Origin: an uncultured archaeon
GTDB lineage: Archaea > Thermoproteota > Nitrososphaeria_A > Caldarchaeales > Wolframiiraptoraceae
Assembly (NCBI GenBank): GCA_937974645.1
Contig: CALJVH010000008.1
Span: 1-49,944 of the forward strand
DNA: 49,944 nucleotides
Direction of reading: 5' to 3'
Part shown: piece after piece, positions 36,316 to 46,140 of the stretch
Layout: each line of letters starts with the position of its first letter
Position numbering within the stretch: position 1 is the first letter of the stretch
Made by a program: the position numbers and the translations under genes
The notes under the pieces: generated by a model
The model's input: only the letters and a program-made list of their open reading frames with translations
Databases searched by the model: none
Told to the model about the DNA's origin: nothing

Positions 36316-36975
36316 TTAAATCTGGGTTAAACCGGAGTCCGTGATTCTATAAGTTAAAGCCTCAACTTTTTCAGGTTTCTCGACCAATATTTTCCCAATC
36401 CTAGTTTTGGTATTCATCTCAAGCCTTAAGACTGTGTCCGACCAGTAGCTGAGAATTCTATGAGCGACAGCCCTAGCCTCACTCCGATTTGGTATCTCGT
36501 GAACCTGGCCTACGATGATTACCGCGAGGTCGCCTTTCAGCGCAGCTTCCCTCAACACCGCCACTTGGAATGCCAATCTTCTATAAACTGGCATATCAAG
36601 CTTGATGTCGCCCATCAGCTCAAGCCTGTGGAGCGCCGTAAAGTCGTCGAAGATGAGTAGCTTAGCCGGAGACCCTGAGTCATAGAGGCTGAGAATGACC
36701 TTTTCCTGAGCGAAAAAGCTGTCAGCTGATAGCATATACAATCTTTCCTCATGCCCACCGGTAGCCTCCATTATCTGGGAGAGCCTGGCCGGGTGAAGCC
36801 TGCCAGAGCAGTCAACATAGGCGGCCAAACATTTCTTAGTCGCAAGAGAACATATCATGAGAGCAAGGCTTGTTTTCCCCGACTTCTCCTCACCATAAAC
36901 CAGAGTCACTGTACCTGTCTCGATCCCTCCTCCTAACCTCTCATCGAAGCTTGGAAGGCCTGTGGAAAACCTCAT
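36316..36975 (-). CDS. RadB/RecA-superfamily ATPase
   Basis: Track ORF runs to 37017. The likely start is MRFSTGLPSFDERLGGGIETGTVTLVYGEEKSGKTS (Walker A). Walker B LLIFDD. About 219 aa, the RadB size. Confidence 0.7.
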   Translation of the reverse strand: MRFSTGLPSFDERLGGGIETGTVTLVYGEEKSGKTSLALMICSLATKKCLAAYVDCSGRLHPARLSQIMEATGGHEERLYMLSADSFFAQEKVILSLYDSGSPAKLLIFDDFTALHRLELMGDIKLDMPVYRRLAFQVAVLREAALKGDLAVIIVGQVHEIPNRSEARAVAHRILSYWSDTVLRLEMNTKTRIGKILVEKPEKVEALTYRITDSGLTQI

Positions 36976-37243
36976 CCAGTAGGTGATTAAGAGGTTAGGA
37001 ATTAGATAAAAATTCATACTACATGAGCCATGGCCTTATATTATGTAACCTACTATTGCATTGGGAAATAATATTTGTTAAATGTCCACGTAATGCCAGC
37101 CCGCCGTACATCTAGTTAATTGTTGCTGGGTTTTTCAGCTTTTCCTAGCATCTGGGAGGTATTTTAAAGCCTCAGGACCGATGGTCAGCTCATTCTTCTT
37201 GCGTCTTAGCAAAATATTAATTGCTCTCTTCAGACTTTTTTGT

Positions 37244-37861
37244 ATGAAAATATTTGAGGTCGGTGGGGTAAAGTATCTCCATCTCTCTTGGAAGGATGTC
37301 GAGGATCTCGCCGAACAGCTTGCTGATAGCATCTCGGCCAGCTACAGGCCCGATATCCTAGTCGGGATTCTGAGAGGAGGGGCTACAGTAGCTCACTTGC
37401 TCTCAGACTTTCTAGATCTCAGGACCGTTTATCCCATAGGATGCAACAGCTACGTTGATGTGGCCAAGAGGTTTAACGTGAAGGTGTATAGTCCGCTCGC
37501 CTTGAATGATCTCTCCGGGGGGAGGGTTCTCCTGGTGGATGATGTAGCTGATGAGGGACTGACACTTGAGGCCATCGTGGAGCAGGAGATAAAGCCCAAG
37601 AACCCGCTCGAGGTGAGAGTTGCGACGCTACATATGAAGCCCTGGTGCAAGTTCAAACCAGATTATTACATTCAGATGACCGATGCTTGGATAATCTATC
37701 CGTGGGAGAAGAGGGAGGTCGCCCGCCAGGTCGCCGAGAACTTCTTAAAACATCTTGGAAAGGAGGAAGGACTCAGGATGCTCGCCGAGATACTTGAGAC
37801 CGATATCGAGAAGGCTAAGAAGTTACTCAAATCAGCCAAGAGCCTCCCTCTAATCGAGTAA
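37244..37861 (+). CDS. Purine phosphoribosyltransferase
   Basis: PRPP-binding motif VLLVDDVADEGLTL. Track ORF starts at 37181, but MKIFEVGG.. at 37244 is the likely start. Confidence 0.8.
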   Translation: MKIFEVGGVKYLHLSWKDVEDLAEQLADSISASYRPDILVGILRGGATVAHLLSDFLDLRTVYPIGCNSYVDVAKRFNVKVYSPLALNDLSGGRVLLVDDVADEGLTLEAIVEQEIKPKNPLEVRVATLHMKPWCKFKPDYYIQMTDAWIIYPWEKREVARQVAENFLKHLGKEEGLRMLAEILETDIEKAKKLLKSAKSLPLIE

Positions 37862-37915
37862 CCACATGCCTTCACCCTCATCCTTTAATCCTGCCGGCTT
37901 AAGGCTCTCTCAGGG

Positions 37916-39232
37916 TTGAGGATCTACTGGGAGGTTTATGGCTGCGCGGCGAATGTTGCCGATGCGGAGATAGCTCTTGGCATCTTGAGGGATAAGGGCC
38001 ATGAGGCCGTCTCAAGGCCAGAGGATGCTGACATTATAGTGATCTTCACGTGCACGGTTAAGAGGCCTACAAGCGATAGGATGCTCTATAGGATAAGTCA
38101 GTTGAGAGGATTTGGTAAGCGACTGATTGTTGCTGGATGCATGCCTGTGGGAGAGCCGGGGAAGGTTAGGCTCGCGGCGCCAGATGCAGTGGTGATCAGC
38201 CCGAGAGCTGTTACGAGGATCTGGGAGGCCGTCGAGAGGGGCGTAAGCATTCTGGAGGAGGTTGATGGAGTGAAGCTGGGCTATCCCAGGCTCAGGAGGA
38301 GCCAGGTGATTGCCATAGTCCCCGTCTCAGAGGGCTGCGCCTGGAAGCTTTGCAGCTTCTGCATAGTCACGAGAACTCGCGGCGCTTTCAAGAATTACCC
38401 GCTGGAACTCGTTGTCGGGGAGGTTAAGAGGTTCGTCGAGGAGGGTGCGAGGGAGATCTGGCTGACGAGTCAGGATATGGGGAGCTATGGGATCGAGTCT
38501 GGAAGGAGCATGCTCCCCGAACTTTTGGAGGCAGTCTCGAATATAGAGGGGCAATTCTTCGTCAGGGTTGGCATGATGAACCCGCTCTACATCTACTCCG
38601 TCAGGGAGAGGCTCGCGGAAGCATACTTCAGCCCGAGGATATTCAAGTTCCTCCACCTCCCAGTTCAATCCGGGTCGAACAAGGTTCTTAAGGACATGAG
38701 AAGGGGATACACGGTCAAGGTTTTCAAGAGGATAGTCGAGGAGTTTAGGCGGAGGATTCCGGAACTCACCCTCTCGACCGACATCATCGTTGGTTACCCG
38801 ACCGAGGAGAGAGAGGACTTCGAAGAGACCATCAAGCTCGTAGAGGAGGTGAGGCCCGACATGATAAACGTCTCGAAGTTCTTCGCCAGGCCCGGCACCC
38901 ACTCCGAGAAGCTCAGGCCCTTAGACCCAAAGGTGATCAATGAGAGGAGCAGAATGTTGAGTGATGTCGCGAGGAGGGTGGCCCTCGAGAATAGCGAGAA
39001 ATGGATGGGCTGGAGCGGCTATGCATTAGTCGATGAGGTCGGTGAGCGGGGCGAGCCAATAGCGAGAAACATCTACTACAGGCCCATAGTCATCACGAAT
39101 GCGCGCAGTAAAGAGGTCTTTGGGAAGATCGTTGAGGTCGAGGTCGAGGATATTAGACCCTACTGCCTGATGGCTAAACTTAGGAGAGTCGCGGATCCCA
39201 AGGAGGATTGGGAAGCAATAATAGCTTCCTAG
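37916..39232 (+). CDS. MiaB/CDKAL1-family radical-SAM methylthiotransferase with TRAM domain
   Basis: Three N-terminal MTTase cysteines (VYGCAAN, FTCTV, VAGCMP). The radical-SAM cluster region reads EGCAWKLCSFC. C-terminal TRAM-like domain. TTG start. Confidence 0.85.
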   Translation: MRIYWEVYGCAANVADAEIALGILRDKGHEAVSRPEDADIIVIFTCTVKRPTSDRMLYRISQLRGFGKRLIVAGCMPVGEPGKVRLAAPDAVVISPRAVTRIWEAVERGVSILEEVDGVKLGYPRLRRSQVIAIVPVSEGCAWKLCSFCIVTRTRGAFKNYPLELVVGEVKRFVEEGAREIWLTSQDMGSYGIESGRSMLPELLEAVSNIEGQFFVRVGMMNPLYIYSVRERLAEAYFSPRIFKFLHLPVQSGSNKVLKDMRRGYTVKVFKRIVEEFRRRIPELTLSTDIIVGYPTEEREDFEETIKLVEEVRPDMINVSKFFARPGTHSEKLRPLDPKVINERSRMLSDVARRVALENSEKWMGWSGYALVDEVGERGEPIARNIYYRPIVITNARSKEVFGKIVEVEVEDIRPYCLMAKLRRVADPKEDWEAIIAS

Positions 39233-39241
39233 AAAGACTTC

Positions 39242-40396
39242 ATGACCTGGAGAATGCTCGAGGCATCTTTACCGGAGTACAACTCGATCGTGATCCATTA
39301 CGGCGAGATCACGCTGAAGAGGGGTAAGCGGGGAGAATATGAGAGAATACTCCATAGAAACATCGAGAAGCTCGCAGGCATGAAGGTTAGGAGGCTTCAG
39401 GGTAGATTCGTCATAGATCTTGAGCCCAGCATGAATGTCGCCGACTTGCTTGAGAGAATCGGGAAGATTTTCGGTGTGGTATGGTATGCTCCGGCAGTAA
39501 GGGTATCCTCTCTTGAAGAACTTAAAGAACGCCTGCTAAGCCTTCTGCCCCGGACCAATGCGAGGAGTATGAAGATTGAAGTTAAGAGAAGCAATAAGAG
39601 CTTCCCGAAGACCTCTATCGAGGTCGCGAGAGAACTTGGAGGCGAGCTGGCCTCAAGGCTCGGGCTGAAGGTGGATCTGAAGAAACCCGACCAGATAATC
39701 CATGTCGAGATAACGGAGGACAGTATCTATGCCTCCCTAGTAAAGCTCAGGGGGCCTGGAGGGCTACCGCTTGGAGCCTCCGGGAGGGTCCTCTGCTTAT
39801 ATTCTGGTGAAGCTGGCTCGGCGCTAGCATGCTGGTTCATGATGAAGAGGGGCTGCAGGGTCGACCTACTTCACGTCCATGGCGAAGAACTCGGCGGACC
39901 CATACTTGATTCCGAGATCATGCATAATATTAGGAGGCTCCTTGAATACGCCTTGAGAATTAGGATTTACCTGGCATCTTTGAGGCCCCTTCTGGATTCG
40001 CTTGAGAAAATTTCAAGCGAGGAGAAACCAATGATCAAAATCGCGTTCATCCTCAGGCTCGGGGAGGAGGTCGCCAAGCTGAAAGGCTACCTAGGCCTAG
40101 TTCTCGGATCACGTCTTGAGTCCTCGAGCAGGTTCGACGGCCTCCTAGAGATACTTTCCATGAGAAGTCTTCCAGTTCACATTCCTCTAATAGCTTTTAC
40201 GAGCGAGGAGGTTGCGAAAAAGTGCGAGGATCTGGGATTCCACGTGATCTCTGATAGCCGAAAGCAAGAATATTATCCGGCGGTCTTGGACCCCATTAAG
40301 CTTTGGGAGAGCCTTGAAGAGCCCGTGAGCCGCGCGATTAGGGGGCTTGAGGTATATGACTTCAGACTTGGAGCCGAGCCCAAGCGGATTAAGTAG
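39242..40396 (+). CDS. ThiI-like THUMP + PP-loop-fold protein with a degenerate PP-loop
   Basis: N-terminus IVIHYGEITLKRGKRGEYE (ThiI ferredoxin-like/THUMP). Where SGGxDS is expected, the sequence is LYSGEAGSALACWFMMKRG. Confidence 0.7.
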   Translation: MTWRMLEASLPEYNSIVIHYGEITLKRGKRGEYERILHRNIEKLAGMKVRRLQGRFVIDLEPSMNVADLLERIGKIFGVVWYAPAVRVSSLEELKERLLSLLPRTNARSMKIEVKRSNKSFPKTSIEVARELGGELASRLGLKVDLKKPDQIIHVEITEDSIYASLVKLRGPGGLPLGASGRVLCLYSGEAGSALACWFMMKRGCRVDLLHVHGEELGGPILDSEIMHNIRRLLEYALRIRIYLASLRPLLDSLEKISSEEKPMIKIAFILRLGEEVAKLKGYLGLVLGSRLESSSRFDGLLEILSMRSLPVHIPLIAFTSEEVAKKCEDLGFHVISDSRKQEYYPAVLDPIKLWESLEEPVSRAIRGLEVYDFRLGAEPKRIK

Positions 40397-41858
40397 CTAG
40401 CCTTAGGGGCTTCGCAGGACTGGGCAGAAACACCTCGCATCTTAGCTCGCCCGCTTCGGCGAGCCTATGAAACTCTTGGGGATTCTCTGTGTGCACAGGT
40501 ATCAAGATCCTCGGACCTATCTCGTTTATTATCTCGATAAGCGTCTCGCGATCCGCGTGGCCCGAGGAGTGGGCGATTCTCATATCCAGCCTGAGAAGAT
40601 TTACCCATCTCTCAAACTTCGCCCACTCTATCTCCTGCTCCTCGTCATGTGGCTCGCTCGTGGAGACCACGAGACCTGAGCTGGGCCTCGGTCTCATCTG
40701 AGCGAGCTCTAAGATCTGATCCAACCCGCCAAGGATCAGCAGATAGTCTTCCTGCCTTTCCGAAATTTCCTCGGCCTTCACAAGAGTTCCGGGCTTCCTG
40801 CCATCGAGCCTATCAGCATATGTCCTCTTAAGCCATCCGCGATAATGCTGTGATTCGAGGTCGTAGCCGCCCCTAGTCAGAGATCTGCGCTCAAAGTATA
40901 TGCCAGCGCTCCTCAGGTCTGGAAGCGGTATTTTCGTGCCTGATTCCGCCAGCCGGTCTATGAGGTAAGCGGCCCTCGGGCAGAGCACAGGAGTTCTTCC
41001 AAGTTCCTCCGATAACCGGATTATGCTCTTAATCCTATCCACGTCAGCGGGGGATACTATGACACAGGCGAGTTTGCCCTCCTTCTCTTCCACGTATCTC
41101 CTTATCTCCCAGATAACTTCATCCTCGCGAACAATTATGGAGGAGTCTATCCTCGTCCCCTCAATTATCAGGTAATCCACGCCCTTAGCCCGCTCGATGA
41201 ATTTATCAGTTAAGCTCTTGAGGGGACCATGCCTCCTGATGTCGCCCGTGTAAGCCATTGAGAGGTCTTCGATCACGAAGCCGAAGGCTGCTGGAATTGA
41301 GTGGTCTATGGGATGTGGGATTATATTGAAGGGCGCGCCCGGAATTTTCGAATTCTCCTCGAAGATTATAATGGGCCTCTCTCGGGCTCCTGGACCTTCA
41401 CCACCTCTATTTTTCATCTCGAAGACCTCTGCTTCGATGCCGGATACGGCTGAGGACTCGAGCATCGTCTCCATGATCGTTTTCATGGATCTGCTCATCG
41501 CCAGCTTTATTCCGCTTGATAAAAAGCCGGAGGCTCCATAATGATCCCTATGAGCATGTGAGAAGATGCAGAGGGATGCTTCAATGGGTTCTCCCCTACC
41601 TAAGACAGCCTTAACCCTTTCATCGAGGGCTACTAGATCCTCGCGATAAACCCCCTTTATTCTTGGAAGTATTCCGGAGTAGAGGTAATAGTAGAGCATG
41701 TTAGCGACTGCGAGTGCTCTGTAGCCGAGAAGGCATTCCCTCTTCCTCTTTATATTAATGCCAAAGTCTAGGAGTACAGCGCCGCCCGACGAGACCGCTA
41801 TCTTGTTCCCTCCTATGCAGTCCGCGCCATCCAGCACCCTGAGCTCTAATGGGGGCAT
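40389..41858 (-). CDS. rnj: Metallo-beta-lactamase/beta-CASP ribonuclease, archaeal RNase J-like
   Basis: HAHRDHYG (HxHxDH), YTGDIRRHG, and the C-terminal HSSGHADRETL...PVHTE pattern typical of RNase J. Confidence 0.75.
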   Translation of the reverse strand: MPPLELRVLDGADCIGGNKIAVSSGGAVLLDFGINIKRKRECLLGYRALAVANMLYYYLYSGILPRIKGVYREDLVALDERVKAVLGRGEPIEASLCIFSHAHRDHYGASGFLSSGIKLAMSRSMKTIMETMLESSAVSGIEAEVFEMKNRGGEGPGARERPIIIFEENSKIPGAPFNIIPHPIDHSIPAAFGFVIEDLSMAYTGDIRRHGPLKSLTDKFIERAKGVDYLIIEGTRIDSSIIVREDEVIWEIRRYVEEKEGKLACVIVSPADVDRIKSIIRLSEELGRTPVLCPRAAYLIDRLAESGTKIPLPDLRSAGIYFERRSLTRGGYDLESQHYRGWLKRTYADRLDGRKPGTLVKAEEISERQEDYLLILGGLDQILELAQMRPRPSSGLVVSTSEPHDEEQEIEWAKFERWVNLLRLDMRIAHSSGHADRETLIEIINEIGPRILIPVHTENPQEFHRLAEAGELRCEVFLPSPAKPLRLAT

Positions 41859-41882
41859 CCCTTAGATAGTTGCCACACAGGA

Positions 41883-42950
41883 TTATAGCATTATGTCGAT
41901 TGGCGGGCTCCGTTCGAGGAGGGGCCCAGACGTCCTCCGCTCAAGGCTCTCACTCGACGTAGCCTTCATGAACATGCTCTTCCGCCTAAGCTCCTCCAGA
42001 TTCGAGGCTCCCACATAGCCCATGCCGCTCTTCAGCCCACCGATGATCATCTTCAGAACCTCGCGCACGCTTCCCTTGTAGGGGACATAGCCCGAAAGGC
42101 CTTCAGGAACGAGCTTCGAGTATCTATCGAGCCTTTGGATGACCTCGGGGCTTCCCATCCCCCTATATCTCTTCAGCTTAATTCCATTTCTTTCGATAAG
42201 CTCTCCCGGCGCCTCATCGGTTCCGGCAAGCATTCTTCCGAGCATTGCACAATCGGCTCCGGCCGCGAGAGCCTTAACCACATCGCCTACCTTCTTGATC
42301 CCGCCATCAGCTATTAGGGGCACACCATAGCTTGATGCGACATCCGCAACCCATGCGATCGCCTGGAGCTGTGGGACGCCAACTCCGCAGACCTCCCTCG
42401 TGAAGCACATCGAGCCGGCGCCGAGCCCGACTCTAAGCCCATCCGCGCCAGCAGCGATCAAATCCTCTGTGCCCTCCGGAGTCACTACATTCCCTGCAAT
42501 AATATCAATTTCGGCGATTTCCTTATACCTCCGGATACTACGGATAACATTCTCACTATGGCCATGAGCAACATCTATTACCACTAGATCTGCGCCGGCG
42601 TTAATGAGCGTTCTAAAACGATTTTCATCTAGTGTTCCGATGGCAGCGCCAACCAGTAGCCCCTTCTCTTTCACCCTTCTAACCTCCTCGGCCTCGCGCT
42701 CGGCTGGCATATTTCTATGGATTATCCCGATGCCGCCTTCCTCAGCCAAGGCTATCGCCATCTCGGATTCCGTCACGGTATCCATCGGTGAGCTGACAAT
42801 CGGTATACTCAACGTTACATTCCTCGAGATCCTCGTGGAGATATTAATATCCTCCCTCGGAATAATCGAGGAGAACCTTGGAACGAGAAGAACGTCATCA
42901 AAGCTAAGAGCAGCCGCCGCCCTCTCAAGCTTCCTCGAGAAGAACCCCAT
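41883..42950 (-). CDS. IMP dehydrogenase/GMP reductase-family protein without a CBS subdomain
   Basis: FDDVLLVP start, catalytic loop [30 protein letters not shown]. 355 aa. Confidence 0.8.
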   Translation of the reverse strand: MGFFSRKLERAAAALSFDDVLLVPRFSSIIPREDINISTRISRNVTLSIPIVSSPMDTVTESEMAIALAEEGGIGIIHRNMPAEREAEEVRRVKEKGLLVGAAIGTLDENRFRTLINAGADLVVIDVAHGHSENVIRSIRRYKEIAEIDIIAGNVVTPEGTEDLIAAGADGLRVGLGAGSMCFTREVCGVGVPQLQAIAWVADVASSYGVPLIADGGIKKVGDVVKALAAGADCAMLGRMLAGTDEAPGELIERNGIKLKRYRGMGSPEVIQRLDRYSKLVPEGLSGYVPYKGSVREVLKMIIGGLKSGMGYVGASNLEELRRKSMFMKATSSESLERRTSGPLLERSPPIDIML

Positions 42951-43125
42951 ACTGAAAGATTAGCGATGCCAGCTTTTATCCATTAAGGCTATCAGCCCGG
43001 GTATCACTCATCATCCAAAAGTCAGAAATACCCGCTCTCATCATGCATAAACACTATCCGCATGGGAGTATTTTTATTTTCAGAAAAACAACTTTTTTAT
43101 CCAAAAAAGCATCATAAAATCTGAT

Positions 43126-43404
43126 ATGAGCGTCGATGTGTTAGAGAGAGCTGTAGAGGAATATAATAGGTTTAGGAGTCCTGAAGCCTTTGTCAGGATA
43201 ATTGAGCGGAGGAGAGATAGATTCGTCGCCGAGTTCTCCGGGAGTTTCTGCGTGACTTGTGGAGTATATGATTGGCTGGAGGATTTAAGGTATGAGATCC
43301 GCAAGCTTGATCCGAGGCTTGACGCCGTGATAGAGGACTGGAAGCAAGTTTCTGATGATGCAATCATAGTTGAGTTTAAGCTGGTCAGAAAGCCCGTCGA
43401 ATAG
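43126..43404 (+). CDS. Hypothetical small protein with a CxxC motif
   Basis: 92 aa, FSGSFCVTCGVYDW. No family recognised. Confidence 0.45.
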   Translation: MSVDVLERAVEEYNRFRSPEAFVRIIERRRDRFVAEFSGSFCVTCGVYDWLEDLRYEIRKLDPRLDAVIEDWKQVSDDAIIVEFKLVRKPVE

Positions 43405-43431
43405 AAATCTAACTAATATGCTATCGCTATC

Positions 43432-43922
43432 TCAAGATATTTTGACTAGCTCTCCGGAGAGATAAACTCCCTCCGTCTCCTTATAGAATTTCAGGCAATC
43501 AATTCTGGCCTTCACAGCATTCACCTTGAGCATAACGGCCTGTTCATCCTCCTCAACGCTATCTGCGAGCTATCTCGATAGTCGGCGAGAGGTGGGCCCA
43601 ACTCCTCATCGACTTCAATCCTTCCCTAAGGGTCCTCAGGGCAGCTTTTCTTGTCATCCCATGATATAGGATCCCGACCTCGCGGCCTTCCTCGAAACCC
43701 ATTTTCACGGGTATACTGTGGCCGTAGAGTGCTCTAATCCTTCCATCTCTTCTCTCGAATCTCCCTCTATCGCTCTTCTCAATGATTCCCCAATGGCCCC
43801 TAGATCCACCTCGGGATAGCCCCTTCTCAGTTCCCTCATCTATCTCGAGATCCTCCGGGATCATGCCTTAAAAGATAGCCCACGTACCTGCTAATCCTAA
43901 GCTCCTCAGCGATTTCAGGCAT
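43432..43922 (-). pseudogene. kptA: RNA 2'-phosphotransferase (KptA/Tpt1), interrupted by two frameshifts
   Basis: There are three frame segments. First MPEIAEELRISRYVGYLLRHD. Then, in track ORF 43559..43864, PEDLEIDEG..RFERRDGRIRALYGHSIPV..ILYHGMTRKAA..GLKSM..AHLS. Then VEEDEQAVMLKVNAVKARIDCLKFYKETEGVYLSGELV. The first shift is at the GGG run 43857-43859. Confidence 0.7.
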
Positions 43923-43951
43923 TCATCAATTGATCCCGGCTTATGAACTGA

Positions 43952-44470
43952 TTATTGATCTTTATCCTGTCCACTCCTCCCGACGCTAATCCTCTTGGAA
44001 AGTATCTTCACGAGTTCCTCCTCTTCCAAGGCATGCCTCTCATCCGGAGTGAGCTCTTCGGGCAGCCAGTCCGGCTTGACTCTATCTTTATAGTATGCTC
44101 TTATTGCTCTTCTCAGAGCTCCGACTGCGAGGATGCCGCAGTGGTATTTTATCGGCGGGAGGCCTCCGAGCTCGTCAGATAGCTGCTTCCAGCTTATACT
44201 CCACGCCTCTCTCAGGCTCTTTTCCTTTATTATCTCTGTTAACAGGCTGGCAGTCGCGATGTTCGCGGCGCATCCATAGCTCTCGAAAGAGGCATCTATG
44301 ATTCTCTCTGCCTGCTCATCGATCTTGAGGTATATTGTTATCATGTCTCCGCAGGCGAGGCTTCCAGCGGCCGCGATCGCGTTCGCATCATCCATCCTTC
44401 CAAGATTCTTTGGACTCCTGAAAAGCTCCAAGACCTTCGGGCTATATGGAAGTGGTATTCGCGAGGACAT
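43952..44470 (-). CDS. iscU: IscU/NifU-type Fe-S cluster scaffold with C-terminal extension
   Basis: Three scaffold cysteines in SLACGDM, ESYGCAANIA and KYHCGILA. About 40 extra residues at the C-terminus. Confidence 0.85.
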   Translation of the reverse strand: MSSRIPLPYSPKVLELFRSPKNLGRMDDANAIAAAGSLACGDMITIYLKIDEQAERIIDASFESYGCAANIATASLLTEIIKEKSLREAWSISWKQLSDELGGLPPIKYHCGILAVGALRRAIRAYYKDRVKPDWLPEELTPDERHALEEEELVKILSKRISVGRSGQDKDQ

Positions 44471-44472
44471 CC

Positions 44473-45702
44473 TTACATCACCGCCTTCGGGGAAATGAAT
44501 CGAATCCTATTTACGGCCTCTGGTATCTGCTCTAAGACGTATTTTATGTCCTCGTCGTCATGCATTGGCGAGACCTTCATCAAAATGCTTCCATGAGCAA
44601 CTTCGTACGGCTTGCCGATTGCGAGAAGAACGTGGGATGGCTCCAAGATCCTGCTCGTGCAGGCGCTGCCGCTTGAGACATATATCCCCCTGAGACTTAG
44701 TTCAACTGTTAGAGCTTCTCCCTCGCAGTAAAGGAAACTCATGTTCACGTTGTCGGGCGCCCTGTTATCACCTCTCGGACCATTTAGCATGACTTCATCA
44801 ACTCTTTCGAATATCCCATCTATCAGCGTATCCCTCAGCTTAATCATCTTGGAGCGATACTCGTCGAAGTTCTCTCTGAAAAGCTTAAGCGCTTTCGCGA
44901 ATCCGGCGATTGCCGGTATGTTCTCGGCTCCAGGCCAGAGCCTTTGCGAACTCAACTGGCCGTGAAGTATGGGTTCGATCTTAATACCCTCCATGATGAA
45001 AAGCGCTCCAACACCCTTCGGAGCAAGTATCTTATGTCCGCTGAAGGAAGCCATGTCTATCCTGGCCCTCTCCAAGTCGAGGGGAACCCTACCAAGGGCA
45101 TCGCATGCATCTGTGTGAACAATGATCTCAGAGTTCTTATCCTTTACGATCTCAGCTATCGACTTCAGATCCTGTATCGTCCCAATCTCGTGATTCACGG
45201 CCGCAATGCTTACCATTAGTGTATCCCCATCAACTTGGCTGGCGAGATGGTCTAGATTCACGAAGCCCTCCCCGTCAACAGGTATCTCCACGAGCTTGAA
45301 GCCCTGGTTTTGAAGCCTTTCTGCGGGAAATTTCACGCTTAGATGTTCGATCGCTGAGACGAGTATTTTCCTCCTGCCGTTGCTAGCTCTCGCCAAGCCC
45401 ATGATAGCCAAGTTATTTGCCTCAGTCCCGCTATGAGTAAAGACCAGCTCGCCATTGCCCGCATTTACAAATTCCACGAGATTCGCCTCAGCTTCTAGGA
45501 TAACTTCAAGCGCCCACCATCCAGGCCTATGAGTTATCGATGGGTTACCGCGGCTCCTATAAGCCTCTATGAGCTCTTCTAATGACTCTTCAAAGATTAG
45601 GCCTGAGTTCTCCAAGTCCAAGTAAACTTCGCGAGATGAGCGGCTATGAGCGCTTATCAACGACCTAACCTTCTCGAGCTGCTCGGCCAGATCTTTTCTC
45701 AA
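44473..45702 (-). CDS. iscS: Cysteine desulfurase, class I (IscS/NifS-like)
   Basis: PLP lysine in SFSGHKILAPKGVGALF. Active-site loop SSGSACTS. Ends 2 nt upstream of iscU. Confidence 0.85.
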   Translation of the reverse strand: MRKDLAEQLEKVRSLISAHSRSSREVYLDLENSGLIFEESLEELIEAYRSRGNPSITHRPGWWALEVILEAEANLVEFVNAGNGELVFTHSGTEANNLAIMGLARASNGRRKILVSAIEHLSVKFPAERLQNQGFKLVEIPVDGEGFVNLDHLASQVDGDTLMVSIAAVNHEIGTIQDLKSIAEIVKDKNSEIIVHTDACDALGRVPLDLERARIDMASFSGHKILAPKGVGALFIMEGIKIEPILHGQLSSQRLWPGAENIPAIAGFAKALKLFRENFDEYRSKMIKLRDTLIDGIFERVDEVMLNGPRGDNRAPDNVNMSFLYCEGEALTVELSLRGIYVSSGSACTSRILEPSHVLLAIGKPYEVAHGSILMKVSPMHDDEDIKYVLEQIPEAVNRIRFISPKAVM

Positions 45703-45743
45703 GTCCTACCCCAGCTATTTTAGATAACCGTGTTATATTAGGC

Positions 45744-46106
45744 TTATTGTTTGGACCTCGGCGGCTTTGAGATCACGCCATGCTTACTCGTAATTCTCCT
45801 AATCGCCAGCTCGCATATCATGCAGATGGGCGTGTCCTCCGGTGGGGAGCCCCTCGAAACCGCCTTCTCGATATACACATCAACGTAATCCCTGATTTTC
45901 TTACATTTGGATAGTATTTTTGCCGTCTTGATTCCCCTCTTAGAGTTGAGATAATGGCTTATCGAGGGTTGGGTCACCCCAAGAAGCTCTGCGACCTCGG
46001 ACTGGGTTAGATTATGCTCTTCGATAAGCTTCTTCGCTATCATTAGCCTAACCGCAGGGATCACATATCGAGCTGAGATCTCGCATGGGAACCTCAATTC
46101 CAGCAT
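45744..46106 (-). CDS. HTH (XRE-like) transcriptional regulator with a Cys-containing C-terminal domain
   Basis: LTQSEVAELLGVTQPSISHYLNSKRG helix-turn-helix. C-terminal ..PICMICE.. Confidence 0.65.
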   Translation of the reverse strand: MLELRFPCEISARYVIPAVRLMIAKKLIEEHNLTQSEVAELLGVTQPSISHYLNSKRGIKTAKILSKCKKIRDYVDVYIEKAVSRGSPPEDTPICMICELAIRRITSKHGVISKPPRSKQ

Positions 46107-46140
46107 GAATTTTTAGATTACGCGGTTATAAATATTCCTA

